64,000 bases of DNA, from assembly GCA_963727805.1 (NCBI GenBank), contig CAVSHF010000005.1, positions 576,001-640,000 on the forward strand. The letters are read 5' to 3'. The stretch is from an uncultured Nitrospiraceae bacterium. GTDB lineage: Bacteria; Nitrospirota; Thermodesulfovibrionia; Thermodesulfovibrionales; Dissulfurispiraceae. Below are positions 32,382 to 41,514 of the stretch, piece by piece. Every line of letters begins with the position of its first letter. Position 1 is the stretch's first letter. Both the position numbers and the translations under genes were made by a program. The notes beneath the pieces are model-generated. The model saw only the letters and a program-made list of their open reading frames with translations, had not been told where the DNA came from and searched no databases.

Positions 32382-33428
32382 TCAGTTTTCTATGAAACAT
32401 TGCGGATCGTCAGCGAGGTAATTTTCTTGTCCTTTTGCCTTTGAATATGCGTACGCGATTGCCCTGCAGCCGCGGCAATTAGCCCATCTTTTACACGCTC
32501 CGCATTTGCCTTGATACTTGTTTCTGTCTCTTAAGTGCTCCAAGACAGGTGAGGTCGCCCAAACTTCGCGCAAGGAATCAGTTTTGACGTTGCCTATAGG
32601 TACGTTAAGCCGTCTGCACGGAGTAATCGTCCCATCCGACAGAATGGTTAGTCCAGAGACGCCCGCTGCGCAGCCTCCTGCGGCTACATTGCCCATGTCT
32701 TCATCGTTTTCAAGTGACGTTAATTGAGATGCGACAGGATCACCGGTTATGATCTTGAGAGGCGCTGCATCGAGAGCGAATATTTTCCCGTACAGGTTTT
32801 TGATCGCTTCCATTTCGATCATTTTATCGAGCATCGCCTCCCCCCTCCCATACGGGACAAGCCTCGAAAACCCAAGCCTCTGGACGCCGAGTGATTTGGA
32901 CAGGCCTATCATCTCCATAAAATGTCCGGCGTTCAACGACGAAAGTGTAGCGTTCAATGTAACCGGGACACCGGCATCGACGAGATTTTTCACCCCCCCG
33001 ACGGCCGCCAAGAAGCTGCCTTCGCCCCTGATTTCTTCATGTATCGCCTCAGGCCCTTCCACACTAACCTGCACTCCTTTGATCCCTATCCCGGCGAGTC
33101 TTTGCGCCAAATCTTTATCTATAACTGTCCCGTTGGAAAGTATATATATATCGGCCCCTTTCCACGCAATTTCTTCGAGTATCTCAAAAATGTCCCGACG
33201 AAGAAAAGGTTCGCCTCCAGATATGTTATAGCTCATAGACAGTTTAATACCGTAGGCATCTTCCCAATCCCATATCATCCCGGAGGCTTCTTCGATAATG
33301 TCCATAATAGAATCTAGCGGCAATTCGGCAGGCTTTCTTTCCTGCTGATAGCAGTGGCGGCAACGGAGATTGCACCGCTCGGTAATATGCCATTGAATAA
33401 AAAAATCGTGTGTGTCGTTGACTGACAT
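32382..33428 (-). CDS. Radical SAM/SPASM enzyme, putative peptide maturase
   Basis: QWHITERCNLRCRHC (CxxxCxxC), SGGEP, SPASM CAAG..DGTITPC..CGAC..CRGCR..DDPQC; ATG after AGAGGA. Confidence 0.92.
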   Translation of the reverse strand: MSVNDTHDFFIQWHITERCNLRCRHCYQQERKPAELPLDSIMDIIEEASGMIWDWEDAYGIKLSMSYNISGGEPFLRRDIFEILEEIAWKGADIYILSNGTVIDKDLAQRLAGIGIKGVQVSVEGPEAIHEEIRGEGSFLAAVGGVKNLVDAGVPVTLNATLSSLNAGHFMEMIGLSKSLGVQRLGFSRLVPYGRGEAMLDKMIEMEAIKNLYGKIFALDAAPLKIITGDPVASQLTSLENDEDMGNVAAGGCAAGVSGLTILSDGTITPCRRLNVPIGNVKTDSLREVWATSPVLEHLRDRNKYQGKCGACKRWANCRGCRAIAYAYSKAKGQENYLADDPQCFIEN

Positions 33429-33469
33429 AAGCAATCCTCTTATAAGGATACAATTAAAAGCATTCGGTT

Positions 33470-33517
33470 AAAAAAGTAAAGCAGATACGCATCGTCCCTA
33501 TTTTGCGTATCTGCTTT
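33470..33517 (-). terminator. Intrinsic terminator/attenuator between the peptide gene and the rSAM gene
   Basis: Perfect 14-bp stem AAAGCAGATACGCA/TGCGTATCTGCTTT, 12-nt loop, then ACTTTTTT. Confidence 0.8.
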
Positions 33518-33526
33518 CATGATGTG

Positions 33527-33543
33527 GCTGCCGACCTGGCAGC
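33527..33543 (-). promoter_or_regulatory. Candidate bacterial SECIS element
   Basis: GCUGCC-AGGUC-GGCAGC hairpin beginning 11 nt after UGA 33555-33557; AGGUC loop at +18 to +22, as in the E. coli fdhF SECIS. Confidence 0.72.
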
Positions 33544-33545
33544 GT

Positions 33546-33659
33546 TTAACTCTTTCAACTGCTTCACTTGCGGCATGCCTTGCCAGGAGAGGTTTTCTTG
33601 AGTCTGTCCCAGAGGACCGCCTCTTTCGCTAGTGCTGCCTTGCTTAGCTCTTTCTTCAT
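33546..33659 (-). CDS. Putative selenocysteine-containing RiPP precursor, MKKELSKAALAKEAVLWDRLKKTSPGKACRKUSSUKS (31 aa if UGA is a stop)
   Basis: Very strong SD GAAAGGAGGTG; in-frame TGA at codons 32 and 35, then TAA; SECIS-like hairpin; upstream of rSAM/SPASM. Confidence 0.75.
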
Positions 33660-33684
33660 CCTGTTGTCACCTCCTTTCGTGTTA

Positions 33685-33758
33685 ATAGTTATAAGCTATG
33701 CATGACATTAAATAGATAGCTTATAACTATAGTTTATCACTTCTGTAAAAATAGTCAA
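33685..33758 (-). promoter_or_regulatory. Sigma70-type promoter and 15-bp inverted repeat upstream of the peptide gene
   Basis: TTGACT-N16-TAAACT with extended TG; ATAGTTATAAGCTAT-N16-ATAGCTTATAACTAT at 33685-33730. Confidence 0.6.
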
Positions 33759-33770
33759 TTCCCAAAAAAT

Positions 33771-35215
33771 CTGGAGTTTCCTGAGTTTTTATCCGAACTC
33801 GAAGAGGAGTTGGAAGTCATCGCTACCGGCGGCTGATAATCCCCGTAGTGCCGTTTTGTCTGGGAACAGTAGATTGTAGATTCCATCAGCTATAGCGTAA
33901 TTGAAAAAACTCGGCACTCCAAAGAATCGTTTGGACACCAGAAAGACTCGTTCCACCAGCAATCGCAGCTTTATGTTCTGCCCAAGATACACCGCTGCAA
34001 AGTAAGAAACCGCAAGGACCAGTACGACGATATTTCGTATGCTGATATAGCTTCTCACCCGTATATCCTCAAGGTTATAGCACTGTTTGATGTACCGGTA
34101 CGACTCATCGCATTTCCACCGAGTCAGATAGTATTCAACAATCTTCCAGATGCTTTGCTTCTTGCGCATATTGACCGCACAGTTTGTTAACAGCATCATT
34201 GGCTTCATCCCGAATCCTTTTACCACAACCATGTGGAGGGGACGGTCATAGCCTGGAAGTTTAACCGCCACAGCATTGTACTGAACGGCCCGCCGCTTTT
34301 CCCTGCCGTCATCATAGACTATCAGAATACTTTCATGAGGCGTCGGCATCGTCATCGCCATATCAACACAGTGTTTGCGCTTTCCCCTATGCATCAAGTC
34401 CCGCTCCTTCAGCCGAATTACAAATCGTTGAGGCTTATCTCTTGTGAAGTAGTACTTATAGACGACCCCTCGGTCGCCACCGCGATCTATCGCATGGATT
34501 CCCTTATCTCCTATATGGCCGCGTACTGTTTCTATAGACTTCAACAGCTCAGAGTTCTCGCTTTTGACGTCCGCAGCCTCATAGGAATAGGCTTTGCAAT
34601 AAAGAGGTATTACCCGTGTGGTCTCCATATCCGCTGCCACTATTTTGCACAGATGATAGCCGTCACCTATTTCATGTTCACTGCCATCGTATATCTTGCT
34701 TAGCAGTTCCATCTTCTTGGCATATTTCTTCCGTATGTCGCCGGGATCGATCGCAATAACCATATCGTCACTAACCTTTGATGCTCCAAGCCGACAGATC
34801 TCTTCATTAATTGCAGTGGTAAAATCTTCATCGTCAAGGTTGCGAGACAGGCGGTCTTCGGTTTTTATCAATGCCTGCTCCTCTTTCAGTGTTCGAGCAA
34901 TGTTGCTTAGCTTTACGTCTTTAGCTGCCTGGATCCCATATAGCATTTCCTTGATGAGTTTCTGCTTTGGCTTCTTGCAGTTCTTTGAGATGATTCCTGA
35001 GAATTTCGAGAGTTGTCCCTTTAGATTGGCTACTGTCTTAGAGTTCTCGCTCATGGCACCTCCATCTTAGCCACAGATAAGGCTTTCACTATAATAGAGC
35101 ATTCGAAACTCAGGAATCTCCCTCAAAAACAGTCCCCGCCAGATGTTTATCATCAGATACCTTGCTACTTCAATAGGTTAGCTTATTTCTGACCGAAAAA
35201 CTCAGGAAACTCCAG
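33771..35215 (-). mobile_element. IS4-like insertion sequence, complete (1445 bp)
   Basis: Perfect 20-bp IR CTGGAGTTTCCTGAGTTTTT / AAAAACTCAGGAAACTCCAG; 9-bp duplication CCAAAAAAT (33762-33770, 35216-35224). Confidence 0.94.
33789..35054 (-). CDS. DDE transposase (IS4-like)
   Basis: AIDPGD, AIDRGGD, LLTN, YLTRWKCDESYRYIKQ; SD GGAGG. Confidence 0.9.
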   Translation of the reverse strand: MSENSKTVANLKGQLSKFSGIISKNCKKPKQKLIKEMLYGIQAAKDVKLSNIARTLKEEQALIKTEDRLSRNLDDEDFTTAINEEICRLGASKVSDDMVIAIDPGDIRKKYAKKMELLSKIYDGSEHEIGDGYHLCKIVAADMETTRVIPLYCKAYSYEAADVKSENSELLKSIETVRGHIGDKGIHAIDRGGDRGVVYKYYFTRDKPQRFVIRLKERDLMHRGKRKHCVDMAMTMPTPHESILIVYDDGREKRRAVQYNAVAVKLPGYDRPLHMVVVKGFGMKPMMLLTNCAVNMRKKQSIWKIVEYYLTRWKCDESYRYIKQCYNLEDIRVRSYISIRNIVVLVLAVSYFAAVYLGQNIKLRLLVERVFLVSKRFFGVPSFFNYAIADGIYNLLFPDKTALRGLSAAGSDDFQLLFEFG

Positions 35216-35803
35216 CCAAAAAATACATTGTCAAAAAATACATTCCCGAAAATACCCAAAAAATAGCCTATGGCCGACCACAATGGAAGGGAGGAATGAT
35301 TAATCGCTGACTAGAATACGGTACATTCCCCGTCCTCGTCAACGCTCTTTGAGGGGCGCTTTGGTGAAACGCACAGCCCGCAGGATCAGCCTATTTCCCA
35401 ATGTCACCTGGTGAAGGCTTCCATATCGGGCATGCGAATCCCCCAAGGTGGAAAGGGCCGTAAGTGTGTTCCAGATTTTCTTTAGAATCTTTACCTTGAC
35501 TGAAGCACAACCGTCAAAGAGGCTGAAGCAGGTGCCTAAGATGAGTACAATTTGGTTCAGTGCAGCGTCTGCGGGAATACACATTAATCCTGTTACTTCG
35601 GGTCCGAGAATTGTGCCGGCTACCAAGCAATATAGTCACGTCGGGAAGGTTGATCTTGTACGATTACTATAACACTCTTACACTGCCATGCAAATGCAGC
35701 AGCCTATCAAAAATGTGTCCCCATTGCTGGATGGGCTGCTGAAACAGCTGCATCATGTTTTATATTTCACCACTCGGTATAAACACGTGTCGGCGAGTAT
35801 TAT

Positions 35804-36313
35804 TCAGTCAGCCACTCCGGACAGATTGTCGAACACATCGGCCATCCTCATAATACCGACAAATTTCTTTTTCCCTTCCAGTACGGGCAATAAAAGAAGA
35901 TCGTGGCGGACCATCAGGAAGGCAGCCCGTGTCAAAAGATCGTCGGGCTCCACAAAATATCTGACCGGCACCATGACCTCGCTCACAGGCCTTTCTACCT
36001 TTTGCTTCGCTTCAGAAATGAAATCACCGGGGAGACTATCGTCGGATTCATTCGTCTGCTGATCCAATGCCTCCGGAGTTAATCTCCAAAATTCAGGACC
36101 CAGCCCCCTCAACAGATCAAGTCTACCCAAGGTGCCCACAAGGTTATACTTCTCGTCAAAAACAAGTATCGCTACAGGGTCCGGTCGATCGCCATGGCCA
36201 GCAAAAGACATTTTCACCAGCTGGATAGCCTGTCCGATTGAAAACCAGTATGGAACATGGGGATAATCGAAAATGTTGACCATCAACTCTTTTACTTGTT
36301 TCTCTCCTGTCAT
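35804..36313 (-). CDS. CBS-domain protein
   Basis: Tandem CBS: VKELMV..LVGTL and VSEVMVP..LPVLE..VGIMRMADV. Confidence 0.85.
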   Translation of the reverse strand: MTGEKQVKELMVNIFDYPHVPYWFSIGQAIQLVKMSFAGHGDRPDPVAILVFDEKYNLVGTLGRLDLLRGLGPEFWRLTPEALDQQTNESDDSLPGDFISEAKQKVERPVSEVMVPVRYFVEPDDLLTRAAFLMVRHDLLLLPVLEGKKKFVGIMRMADVFDNLSGVAD

Positions 36314-36413
36314 TCATGCGCCTCCACCATGTAAAATTCATGTGCCCGGTGTCCCCTATTATCAGCAATAATATTGGCTTCGTCAATCAATATCTTCATG
36401 GTATAATAAACGG

Positions 36414-38993
36414 ATGCTTTTCTCAAATAAATTTAAAAAGAAAAATGATGCTGACCTTCGCGACACAACCCTTAGCGAGGCCTTTAAGACCAAATATTCC
36501 TCCTTCCACCGGCTCCTTGCCAAGAATAATGAAGTCCTTGAATTGATGGCCGATATGGAGGAGAAACGGTCGGGTGATTTTCTCTTTGACCGTCGGTATA
36601 TTGAAAATAATGCAGGTATGATTGCCAGCTGCCTGCGGGAGATTATTGAGCTGCTTAATAAGATTTCGGGGGACAGATACAAACTACTCTCTGAGCGGTT
36701 CATTGGTATTGAATCTCAAATCGAGGACATACTTATTAGAAAAAATGAGATTCCTGTGTGCAATTATACCATTCCCTTCGATCTGATCTCTGGTGATATG
36801 ACCGACCGGTTGGGTGGCAAAAACGCCAATCTTGGCGAGGTGCGAAACGTCATTCACTTACCCACCCCGCAGGGGTTTGCCATAAGCACTTATGCGTTCA
36901 AGAAATTTATGGAGCATAATGACTTCATCGGCAAGTTCAGCCAGCAGTTGTCCAGTCTTTCGCTTGAAGACCTCGATGAGCTCAATAATGTTACTGCCGG
37001 CATACAGAAGATGATCGCCTCGGCGGAAATTCCTATTGATATCAAGGAGGCCATCGAAAGAGAAATAGAATCCGTAACTCGAGGCATAACGGCTTCCGGC
37101 CATCCGGCCATGTTCTCCGTGCGGAGCAGCGCACTCCAAGAGGATAGCGAATTCAGTTTTGCGGGCCAATACGCCACCTATTTGAATGTACATGCGGAGC
37201 AAATACTGCAGAAATACAAGGAGGTCCTTGCAAGCCTCTTCACGCCCAGAGCAATTTTTTATTTTAAAACCAAGGGACTCAATGACTTTGATATGGTTAT
37301 GTCTGTAGGTGTCCTGAAAATGATCAATGCAAGGGCGGCAGGCGTAATCTATTCTAGAGACCCTAATAATTCAAAAAGCACCGACCTTATGGTCAGCTCT
37401 GTTCGGGGTCTGGGCAAATGCGTTGTCGATGGGTCGATGACCCCGGAGACCTATATGGTGTCGAGAAGCGGTCTGGAGATCATCCGAAGGGACATCCCGG
37501 TCCAGAAGACTATGTGTGTATGTTCAGCGAACGGATCCGTCCAAGAGGTCCCTGTGCCCGAAGTGCCTTCAGGCGGACAGAGTCTCAGCGATAGTGAAAT
37601 AAAGATTCTTGCCAAGTACACCCTCGATATCGAAAATCACTATGCGTGCCCACAGGACATTGAATGGGCCATCGATGGAAGTAACAACTTCTATATCCTA
37701 CAAGCAAGACCACTGAGGATTGTCGAAAAAGAGACGCCAAGATCCATTCCTACGCGGGTATCCGGTCATACCATTCTGATTGATAAAGGAATCATCGCCT
37801 CCAAGGGGATAGGATATGGAAAAGTACATATGATAAGAACCGACGAGGATCTTAAAAACTTTCCCGAAGGGGCAGTCCTTGTCGCTCGCCGCACGTCACC
37901 AAAGTATGTTGCGGTCATGAATCGTACGAGCGCGATTATTACCGACTTCGGGGGTGCTACTGGCCATATGGCATCCTTGACAAGGGAGTTTCAGGTCCCC
38001 GCAATCCTCGACACCGAGTCGGCGACCGAAAAGTTATCGGAGGGCCAGGAAATAACCGTTGATGCTTACAACTGTAATGTGTATGATGGTAGGGTTGCCG
38101 AACTCATCGAGATGGCAGGTAAAAGGGAAGACCCCTTTAAAGACACCCTCATCTTCAAGACTCTCCAGAAGGTACTAAAGTGGATAGTTCCGCTCAACCT
38201 GATCGATCCCGAGGGCGATAATTTCAGGCCTGAATCATGCCGGACTTTTCACGACATAACCCGCTTCTGCCATGAAATGGCGATGCACGAGATGTTCAAG
38301 ATAACCTCTACCCCTTCTGACGATATCGGCGAGACGAGAAAGCTTATTGCCGGGATTCCGCTTGTATCGTATCTCATTGACCTTGGAGGAGGAATAATGA
38401 TGGGTGCCCCGAAGGTACTCAATCCCGAACATCTCACCTCGGAGCCTCTCAGAGCCTTCTTCCGCGGTCTCGTTGCTTCTAACTGGCCCCAGGCCAAGCC
38501 TGTTGATGCGGGGGGCTTCCTCGGGATGCTCGCCCACACGGCCAGTATCCCCGAGGAGGAACTGCAGCGGACTGGGGAAAAGAGCTTCTCCTTCATCTCT
38601 GAGAATTATATGAACTTTCTCCTGCGGCTCGGCTATCATTTATCGACGGTCGAAGCCTTTGCCGGCAATAACATAAACGACAACTATATACGCTTTTTCT
38701 TTAAAGGTGGAGGTGCAGCGGCTGATAGGAGGCTCAGAAGGGTCAGACTGATCTCCGAGATATTGAAGACCATGGACTTTAAGGTCAAGATTGTTGATGA
38801 TGTTGTAGACGCCATCATCACGAAATATAAGAAGCACTACATCGAAGACAAGCTAGAAATACTCGGACGCTTTACAGCCTTTACGAAGCAACTCGATATG
38901 GTTTTGTACAATGATACGATCACCGATTTTTACACTCAAGATTTCATTAAAAAACATATCATTAAAAATGCCGGACAGGACAAAAAGTCTTAA
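36414..38993 (+). CDS. PEP-synthase-like dikinase (ATP-grasp plus phospho-His swivel domain; atypical C-terminus)
   Basis: GGKNANLGE, VRSSALQED..SFAGQY, QDIEWA..ILQARP, GGATGHMASLTREFQVPA. Confidence 0.85.
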   Translation: MLFSNKFKKKNDADLRDTTLSEAFKTKYSSFHRLLAKNNEVLELMADMEEKRSGDFLFDRRYIENNAGMIASCLREIIELLNKISGDRYKLLSERFIGIESQIEDILIRKNEIPVCNYTIPFDLISGDMTDRLGGKNANLGEVRNVIHLPTPQGFAISTYAFKKFMEHNDFIGKFSQQLSSLSLEDLDELNNVTAGIQKMIASAEIPIDIKEAIEREIESVTRGITASGHPAMFSVRSSALQEDSEFSFAGQYATYLNVHAEQILQKYKEVLASLFTPRAIFYFKTKGLNDFDMVMSVGVLKMINARAAGVIYSRDPNNSKSTDLMVSSVRGLGKCVVDGSMTPETYMVSRSGLEIIRRDIPVQKTMCVCSANGSVQEVPVPEVPSGGQSLSDSEIKILAKYTLDIENHYACPQDIEWAIDGSNNFYILQARPLRIVEKETPRSIPTRVSGHTILIDKGIIASKGIGYGKVHMIRTDEDLKNFPEGAVLVARRTSPKYVAVMNRTSAIITDFGGATGHMASLTREFQVPAILDTESATEKLSEGQEITVDAYNCNVYDGRVAELIEMAGKREDPFKDTLIFKTLQKVLKWIVPLNLIDPEGDNFRPESCRTFHDITRFCHEMAMHEMFKITSTPSDDIGETRKLIAGIPLVSYLIDLGGGIMMGAPKVLNPEHLTSEPLRAFFRGLVASNWPQAKPVDAGGFLGMLAHTASIPEEELQRTGEKSFSFISENYMNFLLRLGYHLSTVEAFAGNNINDNYIRFFFKGGGAAADRRLRRVRLISEILKTMDFKVKIVDDVVDAIITKYKKHYIEDKLEILGRFTAFTKQLDMVLYNDTITDFYTQDFIKKHIIKNAGQDKKS

Positions 38994-39104
38994 TATCCCA
39001 TTTGATACCCCAACCTTCGGTCATCCCTTGAACAAATCCATCAGCTATTAATCGGAATATCCCGGCGCCATTCAGCCTATACCTCAATTTTTTATTCTCG
39101 GCAA

Positions 39105-39518
39105 TCAGCTTTTGAGCTGCTCTTTCAGCTTCTTATTTTCTCTCTGTAGCCTGAGCCAATTTAGCGCTTTTTCAATAGTAAAAAGTATTTGTTCCTTTCT
39201 GAAGGGCTTTGTGATGAAGTCAAATGCCCCCTTGCTCAGCGACTCCTCGGCGGTCTCAACGGTACCGTAAGCGGTCATAATTATGACCGGTATATCCGCA
39301 TCGTATTTTTTGACCGCTTCAAGCATCTCAACGCCGTCAAGGCCGGGCATCTTCAGGTCAGTTATGACAAGATCATAGCCCCCTTTCGTTACCAGATCAA
39401 GGGCCTCCGTCGGGTTGTTGGTGGTTATTGTTTCATAAGGTGTCTTGTCCCTGATAATCATGCCAAGTAGCTTAAGCATATCAGGTTCGTCATCAACTAT
39501 CAGCAGCTTTTCAGCCAT
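39105..39518 (-). CDS. Single-domain response regulator
   Basis: LLIVDDE, ITDLKMPG, MTAYG, KPF; ATG after GGAGG. Confidence 0.9.
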   Translation of the reverse strand: MAEKLLIVDDEPDMLKLLGMIIRDKTPYETITTNNPTEALDLVTKGGYDLVITDLKMPGLDGVEMLEAVKKYDADIPVIIMTAYGTVETAEESLSKGAFDFITKPFRKEQILFTIEKALNWLRLQRENKKLKEQLKS

Positions 39519-39693
39519 GGTGGCCTCCCAGTTCGCAAATCTGTATCGCAACAAATCAGCATATAGAACACGGATAAGATTTTACTATATATCAGCACAT
39601 GGAATCCACACGTCGCCAAGGGTATCGACGGATAACTCTCTTCCATGAGTAGGTTGAGCGTTTCTTATCCCGCACCTCTTTTATTCGCATCTG

Positions 39694-41046
39694 TCACTTC
39701 CTTACCGCCGGCAGAGTAAGAATAAACGTTGTTCCGGGGCTCTCGGACTCTTCCCTTGTTTTTGTCTCAAAGGTTATTGAACCCCCATGATGAGTGACGA
39801 TGCCGTAAACTACCGAAAGTCCCAGGCCGGTGCCTTCGCCGACCTTTTTTGTCGTAAAAAGCGGGTCGAATATCTTAGTCCTGTGCTCCCGTTTTATACC
39901 GTGTCCGGTGTCGGAAATGCGTACCTCTAGGGCCCTTCCCTGATCGACAGCAGCCGTCGATACGGTAAGAACACCCCCGCCTTTCATGGCAGCTATGGCA
40001 TTGCTAATAAGATTGAAGAAGACCTGCTGAAACTCCCCCGGATCTCCGTGAACTAAAGGCAAAGAAGTTGTAAAGTCCTTAATTGTCGTGATCTTTTTCA
40101 GAGAGATGGTACGTCCTATGACATCCAGGACCTCGTCGATGTTCTGGTTAATATCTATGTCCTTCTCATCATGCTCCGCATGCCGGGCAAAACTGAGAAG
40201 TTTCTCAACAACCCGCTTGGCGTTTAATGCCTGTTTTTCTATTGTCTTGAGTATATCATATGCTTCAGGGTCTTCAAATCTTTTTTCCAGAAGCATGTCT
40301 GTGAACCCAAGTATGATAGCGAGCGGATTATTAATCTCGTGGGCAACTCCTGCGGCAAGTGTGCCCATCGAGGCCAGTTTTTCGGTATAGATCATTTGCT
40401 CTTCGTTCTTTCGCCTCTGAGTGACGTCCCTGCCGATACCCAGGACCTTATATACATTCCCCCACTCATCCACAAGACCGCTCAAACTTATGTTAACCCA
40501 CTTCTCCGAATCATCAACAGCAGCCTTGCAATTGATGCGCCTACTGACTTGCGTTTCAAGAATTTCGGTGTTGGCCTGCAGTAGGACTTCAGCGCTGCCC
40601 GGTGGCAGCAACTCCCCTATGTCTCTCCCTACCACTTGAGCCGGGGGTTTGCAGAAGAACTCGCTGCCATAACGGTTCATCGAGAGTATCTTTCCCTCGG
40701 GGCTTATAGTAAATATAATATCGTTTGCGTTCTCGACGAGCGATCTGTACAGATGCTCCGACCTGTTGAGCTGTCTTGTCTTCGCTTCGACTTCTTCGGA
40801 AACGGTGCGTGACCACCGCTGCAGCAGGTTGACAAGAAAAAGCCCTGCAACGATGGTTATAGCGATCGCAAAACCTTCGAGCAGGACCTTTCTTTCCGAA
40901 ACCCATCCAAGAACCAAAATGATGCTGAGAAGGACAATCGTGACAACTGCCGTCACCATCCTGTAGTGTTTTATATAGTAATCAAAACACCACAAATGGA
41001 AACGAGAAATCCGACCCGACAGTTCGTTGCCTTTTTGAACTTCCAT
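39694..41046 (-). CDS. PAS-domain sensor histidine kinase
   Basis: Two TMs, PAS, GVAHEINNPL, DTGHG, FDPLFTTK..GTGLGL. Confidence 0.92.
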   Translation of the reverse strand: MEVQKGNELSGRISRFHLWCFDYYIKHYRMVTAVVTIVLLSIILVLGWVSERKVLLEGFAIAITIVAGLFLVNLLQRWSRTVSEEVEAKTRQLNRSEHLYRSLVENANDIIFTISPEGKILSMNRYGSEFFCKPPAQVVGRDIGELLPPGSAEVLLQANTEILETQVSRRINCKAAVDDSEKWVNISLSGLVDEWGNVYKVLGIGRDVTQRRKNEEQMIYTEKLASMGTLAAGVAHEINNPLAIILGFTDMLLEKRFEDPEAYDILKTIEKQALNAKRVVEKLLSFARHAEHDEKDIDINQNIDEVLDVIGRTISLKKITTIKDFTTSLPLVHGDPGEFQQVFFNLISNAIAAMKGGGVLTVSTAAVDQGRALEVRISDTGHGIKREHRTKIFDPLFTTKKVGEGTGLGLSVVYGIVTHHGGSITFETKTREESESPGTTFILTLPAVRK

Positions 41047-41060
41047 ATCCCCCTTTCAAG

Positions 41061-41504
41061 TTACTCCGATAGTTTCACTACATACACTGAACAGTCGCTA
41101 TATTTTACCACTTGAGACGCAACACTTCCCATTTTGAATCTCGATGACGGACTTAGGCCCCGACTTCCCATGATGATCAAATCGACTTTGTCCTTCTCAG
41201 CCGTGCTAAGAATGGAATCGGCAATGGATGAGAAGGTCGTGACCACCTTGCAATCCGCCTTTATGCTCTCTTTCGCGATGACATCGCATGCCTCCTTGAT
41301 AACAGAAGCAGCCTGCTGCTCCAGGCGTTCATTGATCCTCGCACGCTCGCCGGCTGAGATCTCAAGATCTACGCCTTCACCTCCAGTATTGGAGGCAACA
41401 CTGATCACGGCCATCTCAGCCTTTTTATACTTCGCGCAATCAATGGCGACCTTCAGCGCCTCAAGGGAATATTTAGAACCGTCGACTGGCACCAATATTT
41501 TCAT
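41061..41504 (-). CDS. Universal stress protein
   Basis: KILVPVDGS, DLIIMGSRG, MGSVA. Confidence 0.92.
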   Translation of the reverse strand: MKILVPVDGSKYSLEALKVAIDCAKYKKAEMAVISVASNTGGEGVDLEISAGERARINERLEQQAASVIKEACDVIAKESIKADCKVVTTFSSIADSILSTAEKDKVDLIIMGSRGLSPSSRFKMGSVASQVVKYSDCSVYVVKLSE

Positions 41505-41514
41505 TATGTCCCTC

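Noticed and set aside
35225..35800. Short ORFs and a CSVCG fragment right of the IS as displaced RiPP accessory genes
   Set aside because: No clear SD or recognisable domain, and interrupted by stops; cannot be supported by eye.
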